The notes beneath the pieces were generated by a model, which ran no database searches, was not told the origin of the DNA, and saw only the letters and a program-made list of their open reading frames with translations. From the human T2T-CHM13v2.0 reference genome, Homo sapiens, in the NCBI RefSeq assembly GCF_009914755.1, contig NC_060940.1: a stretch of 64,000 nt of DNA. One strand, 5' to 3'. A program made the position numbers and the translations under genes. This document shows positions 56,909-64,000 of the stretch, in pieces; the first letter of the stretch is position 1, and every line of letters starts with the position of its first letter.

Positions 56909-57210
56909 AGCTGGGCATGGTGGCTCCCACCTGCAATTGTAGCACTTTGGGAGGCCGAGGCAGGAGGATTGCTTGAGGCTGGGAGTCAGAGACCAGCCTG
57001 GGCAACATATCAAGACCCCGTCTCAACGAAAAACAAAAAAGTCAGCCTGGCGTGGTGATGCACACCTGTAGTCTCAGCCACTCAGGAGGCTGAGGTGGGA
57101 AAATCTCTTGAGCCTGGGAGCTTGAGGTTACAGTGAACTATGATTGTGCCACTGCACGCCAGCTTGAGTGACAGAGGAAGGCCTCATCTCAAGAATTAAA
57201 AAATAAAATG
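56909..57210 (+). mobile_element. Alu (AluJ-like)
   Basis: Dimer. Confidence 0.93.
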
Positions 57211-59327
57211 AAGAAGAAAAATGACCAAATCTTGAGTTAGAGCGGTGGTGTTCTGTGATGCTTTGGCTTGAGGGGCTCCCCTCCTTCCCCTCAGCTCACC
57301 CATGCTGCTACATCTACCAGGGTGGGATGAGCTGTGAAAATTGGTGGCTCCACTGCTGGAGGGGTTGACTTGATTTGGAGGAGAGCACATGCCCAAAGGC
57401 ACTGACATAAACCACGGTGATTTCCTGTAAACAACAGGAAATGTACAGAAGGTCAACATCTCAGCCACCCTGAGCCTGCAATGCTGGTTGTGGCAACCAA
57501 CAGATCAGGAGACCAGCCAAAAACCTAGCCGGAAGATACAGAGAATAAGGGAGCTATCACGGGCAGTGGTAAAGTCCCTGAAGTCCCACACATTCTTCGT
57601 GCTCTGGAAGGCTGCACACAGGCAGGAAAGACTGAAGAGGGCCCTGGTTATCCACTCATCCTTGGCTAAAGTGAGGCCTACCCCACGCACAAAGGAGGCC
57701 AGAAAAGGCCTGGCAAAAAGGAAAAACCAAGACAGGCTCGTATAATATATGCCTGAATTCTGAACATGTCCCTAAACGTACACACATATCCACCGCAAAC
57801 TGTGAAAAGCATTAGTAGCTCAAGGTGTTTCAGCACACCTCTGAATAATCATTGCCTGACCACTAAGCTATGCTGACCTGGGTTAACCCCTGCAAAGCCA
57901 GGCTTAAACACATTTTAAAAATAAGAAAAAAAAAATGAGCAGGATCATCAGCAGCTGCTACAGAGACAGACTTCACAGAATTAATCCAGGCAAGTCACAA
58001 ACAAAAAGAAATAAACAACAAACCTGCATTTTGCCAAAGGTGATCATAATCCAGAGTTGCTACAACGTATTAACTAAAATACAGAGCTTAAAAAAATAAA
58101 ATATAAGACATGCAAAGAAACATAAAGTATTGTGAATTATACTCAGGCAAGAGTCATAACTGGAAACTCTAAGGGGGCCCAGATATTGGACTTAACAAAG
58201 ATTTCAAAGTTATAAGAAACTACTGTAAGAATGGAACTGAAGGAATTCATGTTTAAAGAACTAAAGGAAAGTATGTAACAATGACTCATCAAATAGAGAA
58301 TACTAATAAAGAGACAGAAATTATAAAAAGAAACCAAACAGAAATTCTAGAGTTCAAAAGTATAATAACTGTAATGAAAAGTTCACTAGAGGGGCTCAAC
58401 AACAGAGTTGACATGGGAGAAGAAAGAATCAGTGAACTTAAAATTATCCAATCTGAAGAAGAAATAAAAAAGCATAAAGAAAAATAAAAAGAACCTCAGA
58501 AACACAGGGATACCATCAAGCATGCCAACATATATATAAAGGAAGTTTCAAAAGAAAACGAAGCAAAAGGAAGCAGAAAAAAATTTTTGAAAAACTAATG
58601 GCATAAACTTCTCACATTTGATTTTAAAAAATTAATGTTCACATCCAACAAACTCAAAGTAAGCTCAAAAAACTCCAACTCAATAAAGTGAGCCACCATG
58701 ACACATCATAGCCAAACTGCTGGAAGCCAAAAACAAAGAGAAAATCTTGACTGCATGAAGACAAAATGGTTCTTCATGAAAAGGAGCACTACCATAAGAT
58801 TAACAGCTGACTTCACATTAGAAATTAACAGAGACCAGAAAACAGTAAAATGACATATTCAAAGCACTGAAAGAAAAACTTCCAATCAAGAATTCCATAT
58901 CCATCAAAACCATACCCCAAAACTAACAAGTAGAAATAAAGATATTCCTAGATAAACAAAGACAGAAAATTTGTTACTGGCAGACCCTACTTACAAGAAA
59001 TACTAAAGGAAGCCCTTCAAGATGAAAGAAAAAAACACCAGATTATATCCTGAATCCACATGAAGAAATAAAGAATGCTAGTAATACTAATTACATAGGC
59101 AAATATACAGCAGATTTATAAATAGTCTCTTTTTTACACTTAACTGATTTAAAAGACAAGTACATATAACAATAACTACAGACTTTTACTACTGGGCTTA
59201 TGACATACAAAGATATCATATACATGACATAATACCACAGAGGAGGTAGATAGACATAGACATTTAATGGAACAAAGTTTCTATATTTTATTGAAAATGA
59301 ATTAGCATTAATCTACAGTAGACTGTG

Positions 59328-59449
59328 AGCTCTAGGCACAGTGGCTCATGCCTGTAATCCCAGCACTTTGGGAGGCTGAGATGGAAGGATCACTTGAATC
59401 CAGGAGTTTGAAACCAGCCTGGGCAACATGGCAAAACCCCATCTCTACT
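59328..59449 (+). mobile_element. Alu left monomer (FLAM-like)
   Basis: Single arm; TSD agtagactgtga. Confidence 0.88.
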
Positions 59450-59863
59450 TTTTAAAAGCTATATATAGATCTTTAAAAAGTAGACTGTGATGAGATGCAT
59501 ATTGCAATCCTTAGAGTAACCACTAAAAATATAACCAAAAAATATTAAAAACCTCACCAAACAGATGAAAACAGAACACTAGAAAATATCTATTTAACAC
59601 AAAAGAAAACAGTAAGGAGAAACAGAACAAAAAGATGTGAGACAGAGAAAACATAGCAAAATGTTAGATGTAATCCAAGCATATCAATAATTGCATTAAA
59701 TGTAAATGGATTAAACACTCCAATAAAAGGTGAAGACTGTCAGATTAAATTTTTTAGAAGTTCTAACCATGTGCTGTCTGCAAGAGATGCAGATGGAGAA
59801 AAATGTACTATGCAAACAAAACCATAAGAAAGTTGCAGTGGCTATAATAATATCAAAGTAAGT

Positions 59864-59990
59864 ATGGGAGGCTGTGGCAGGTGGATTGCTTGAGTACAGG
59901 AATTCAAGGTTATAGTGAGCTATGATTGTGCCACTGCACTCCAGCCTGGGTGACAGAGTGATACCCTGTCTCAAAACAAACAAACAAAAA
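59864..59990 (+). mobile_element. Alu right-arm fragment
   Basis: Partial arm with (AAAC)n tail. Confidence 0.85.
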
Positions 59991-60720
59991 CACAAAAAAA
60001 TCCCACAGACTGAATAAACTTTAAGACAAAAAAGTTATAAGAGAAAAAGAAATTTTGTAACAATAAAAGGGTCAACTCATGAGGAATATATAAAAACATA
60101 AATACATAAGCACTTAATAGCAGAGCACAAAATACAATAAAGCAAACACTGACTGAACCAAAGGGAGAAATAGGCAATTCACAATAATGTTTGGAGACTT
60201 CAATATCCCACTCTCAATAATTGACATAATAGTTAAACAGAAAATCAGCAAGGATATACAGACTTTGAACAGCATTGTCAACCAACCTGACGTAACTAAC
60301 ATCTGTAGACCATGTCAAGCAACAACAAATAGAATATATATTCTTTTCAAGTGTACATATCGCATTGTCTAGAATGAATCATGGGCTAGGTCATAAAACA
60401 AGTATCAATAAATTTAAAAGAATTAAAATCATATAAAGCATGTTCTCTACCAAAATGAAATTTTTAAAAATCAAGAACAGAAATAAATTTGTGGACTCCC
60501 CAACTACTTAGAAATTAGAAAACATATCTAAAGGATTCAAAGGTCAAAGAAGAAATCACAAGGGAAGTTTAAAAATACTTCAAACTGGATGAAAAGAAAA
60601 ACACAGCAGATCAAAATTTAGGATGCAGCTATGAGAAGTACTTAGGGAGAAATTTATAATGTTAAAAGCCTGTATCAGGAAAAAAAAAAGAAAAGTCTCA
60701 AGTTAATAAACTGAGCATCA

Positions 60721-61045
<325 letters not shown>

Positions 61046-61707
61046 CTATAAAAAGGAGAGTAAACTAAATCCCAAAAAAAGCAGAAGGAAGGCAATAATA
61101 AATACTAGACCAGAAATCAATGAATTAGGGAAAGTAATAGAGAAAACTGATGAAACCAAAAGTTGGTTCTTTGTTCAGAAACAAAACAAGGATGTCTACT
61201 CTCACCATTTCTACTCAACATTGTACTGGAGGTGCTATCCAGAACAATAAGGCAGGAAAAAGAAATTTAAAAGACACAGATTGGAAAACAAGTAAAACTC
61301 TTCATATTCACTAGCTCTATATATAGAAAATCTTCAGGAGTCTACAAAAAACTACTAGAACTAATAAGCAAGTTTAACATGTTCATAAGATACAAAATCA
61401 ATATCAGGAAATCAACTGTTTTGTGTATACCAGCAATGAACAATCCAAAAACAAAATTAAGAAATAATTCCATTTGTAATAGCATCAAAATTAGTAAGTT
61501 AAAATTACAAAACTTTGTTGATACATTAAATAATATCTAAATAAATGTAAGGAGATACCAGGTTCTTGGATTGAAGGACTCAGTATTGTTAAGATGGCAT
61601 TTCTTCCCAAATTGATCAACAGATTCAACAAGACCCAGCAAGCTTTTTGTAGAAATTAACAAGAAAGGTTATGAGTGGGTAACTGAAGCTGGGTAACGTG
61701 TACCTGA

Positions 61708-62226
<519 letters not shown>

Positions 62227-62700
62227 TGATTCATGGCTGGTGAATAGGTGAGGGAGGAAAATGGAGAGAGCGAATACACAGAGTGACAGAGGGAGGAGAA
62301 GTGAAAGGTCATAGGCATTCGCTGCAGCCATGCCTGTAGTACGTCCATCACCAGGCTTCAATTTATAGCAGCTACATGACTGCGTGTGTCAATCTCTAAC
62401 TGGCTCATGTGCCAGACCAGAAGCTACTATTGGAAAATGCCCCTCTCTCGTCATGTCGTTTGCACAGTAATTCACTTAGATCTGAACTGAGTACAAATGA
62501 GTGGTGCTCTAAGATCAAAGCACCAGGGTCTTTAAAATGATCTTCACTCTCCCCGCAACCTGCCCCGAACACGTGCATGCTCCTTTCACTTTCAATTCCA
62601 AACTGCACCCTTCTAACGCTGGCCGAAAGGGAAAGTAAGCCCTGTTTTCGTTTCCTTTCAAATACTTGATGCTTTCCAATTTTATTCCTATTTTCCCTAA

Positions 62701-63296
<596 letters not shown>

Positions 63297-63687
63297 CTAA
63301 GGCCCATGACTTTAGCAAGCGGGATGTTGTTTTCCACCTCCTGCTGCTGCCTCTTAAGGAACAGGGGCGCTTCTTCACCGCAGAGGAGACGGTTCTCCAT
63401 TCTAGGAATGGGTATGAACTTGCCTGAATAGTCTATGATGGGCAATGGGGACGTTCCATCTACATCTCATTATGAAAATCCCCAAAAACCTTACAAAACC
63501 ATATAATCGTGAAGTTTTAAGAAGTCTTAAATAGTTCTAATATATAATTCTCCACAAATCTTTTCTCTCTAAAAAACACTTATTTTTCTCATTTTGATAT
63601 GCCACTTCAAAGCTTTTCCCACTCCTTGAGTATATTTACTTTTCTCTCTCCTCTCTCTAGTGACTGAGCAGTGATTTTACCTTTACC

Positions 63688-63970
63688 TATTTATTTAGAG
63701 ATGGAGGTCTCACTCTGTTGCCCAGGCTGGAGTGCAGGGGCACGATCAGGGCTCACTGCAGGCTCCACCTCTCAGGTTCAAACAATCCTCCTACCTCAGC
63801 CTCCAGAGTAGCTTGGACCAAAGATGCATGTCACCACACCCAGCTAATGTTTTTATTATTTGTAGAAATGAGGTCTCGCTGTTGCCCAGGCTGGTCTCAA
63901 ATGCCTGGGCTCAGGTGATCCTCCCGCCTCAGCCTCCCAAAGTGCTGGAATTATAAGTGTGAGCCACAGC
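63688..63970 (-). mobile_element. Alu (AluJ-like)
   Basis: Antisense dimer. Confidence 0.92.
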
Positions 63971-64000
63971 TTCCCACTAACAATTTCACTTTTTAAAGAG

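Overview
Primate (very likely human) genomic DNA, about 45% GC by eye. It holds roughly 70 Alu elements or fragments (about 30% of the window), old L1M fragments (including a degraded, near-contiguous 5'UTR/ORF1/ORF2 relic at ~56.7-61.7 kb), L2/MIR relics, solo LTRs (MER51-, THE1- and MST/MLT1-type), DNA transposons (MER20, MER3) and several mini/microsatellites. I recognise no intact protein-coding ORF, RNA gene or CpG-island promoter. The ORF track is almost all Alu/L1 translations or chance ORFs. The window looks like the inside of a large intron, and the mostly + strand L1s weakly suggest a - strand host gene, which I could not identify. The most notable observations are: (i) five very short minus-strand exon candidates with good splice signals that join into one open frame (speculative); (ii) a 30-bp minisatellite that multiplies perfect NF-Y CCAAT boxes at an Alu truncation point; (iii) a 64-bp minisatellite made from a MIR core; (iv) a layered local duplication that preserves an empty Alu insertion site next to a tiny orphan retro-insert; (v) a fold-back palindrome replacing an Alu tail; and (vi) trimeric and mosaic Alus with intact TSDs. 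Repeat boundaries and subfamily calls were made by eye and are approximate (about +/-10-20 bp for Alus, more for old repeats).
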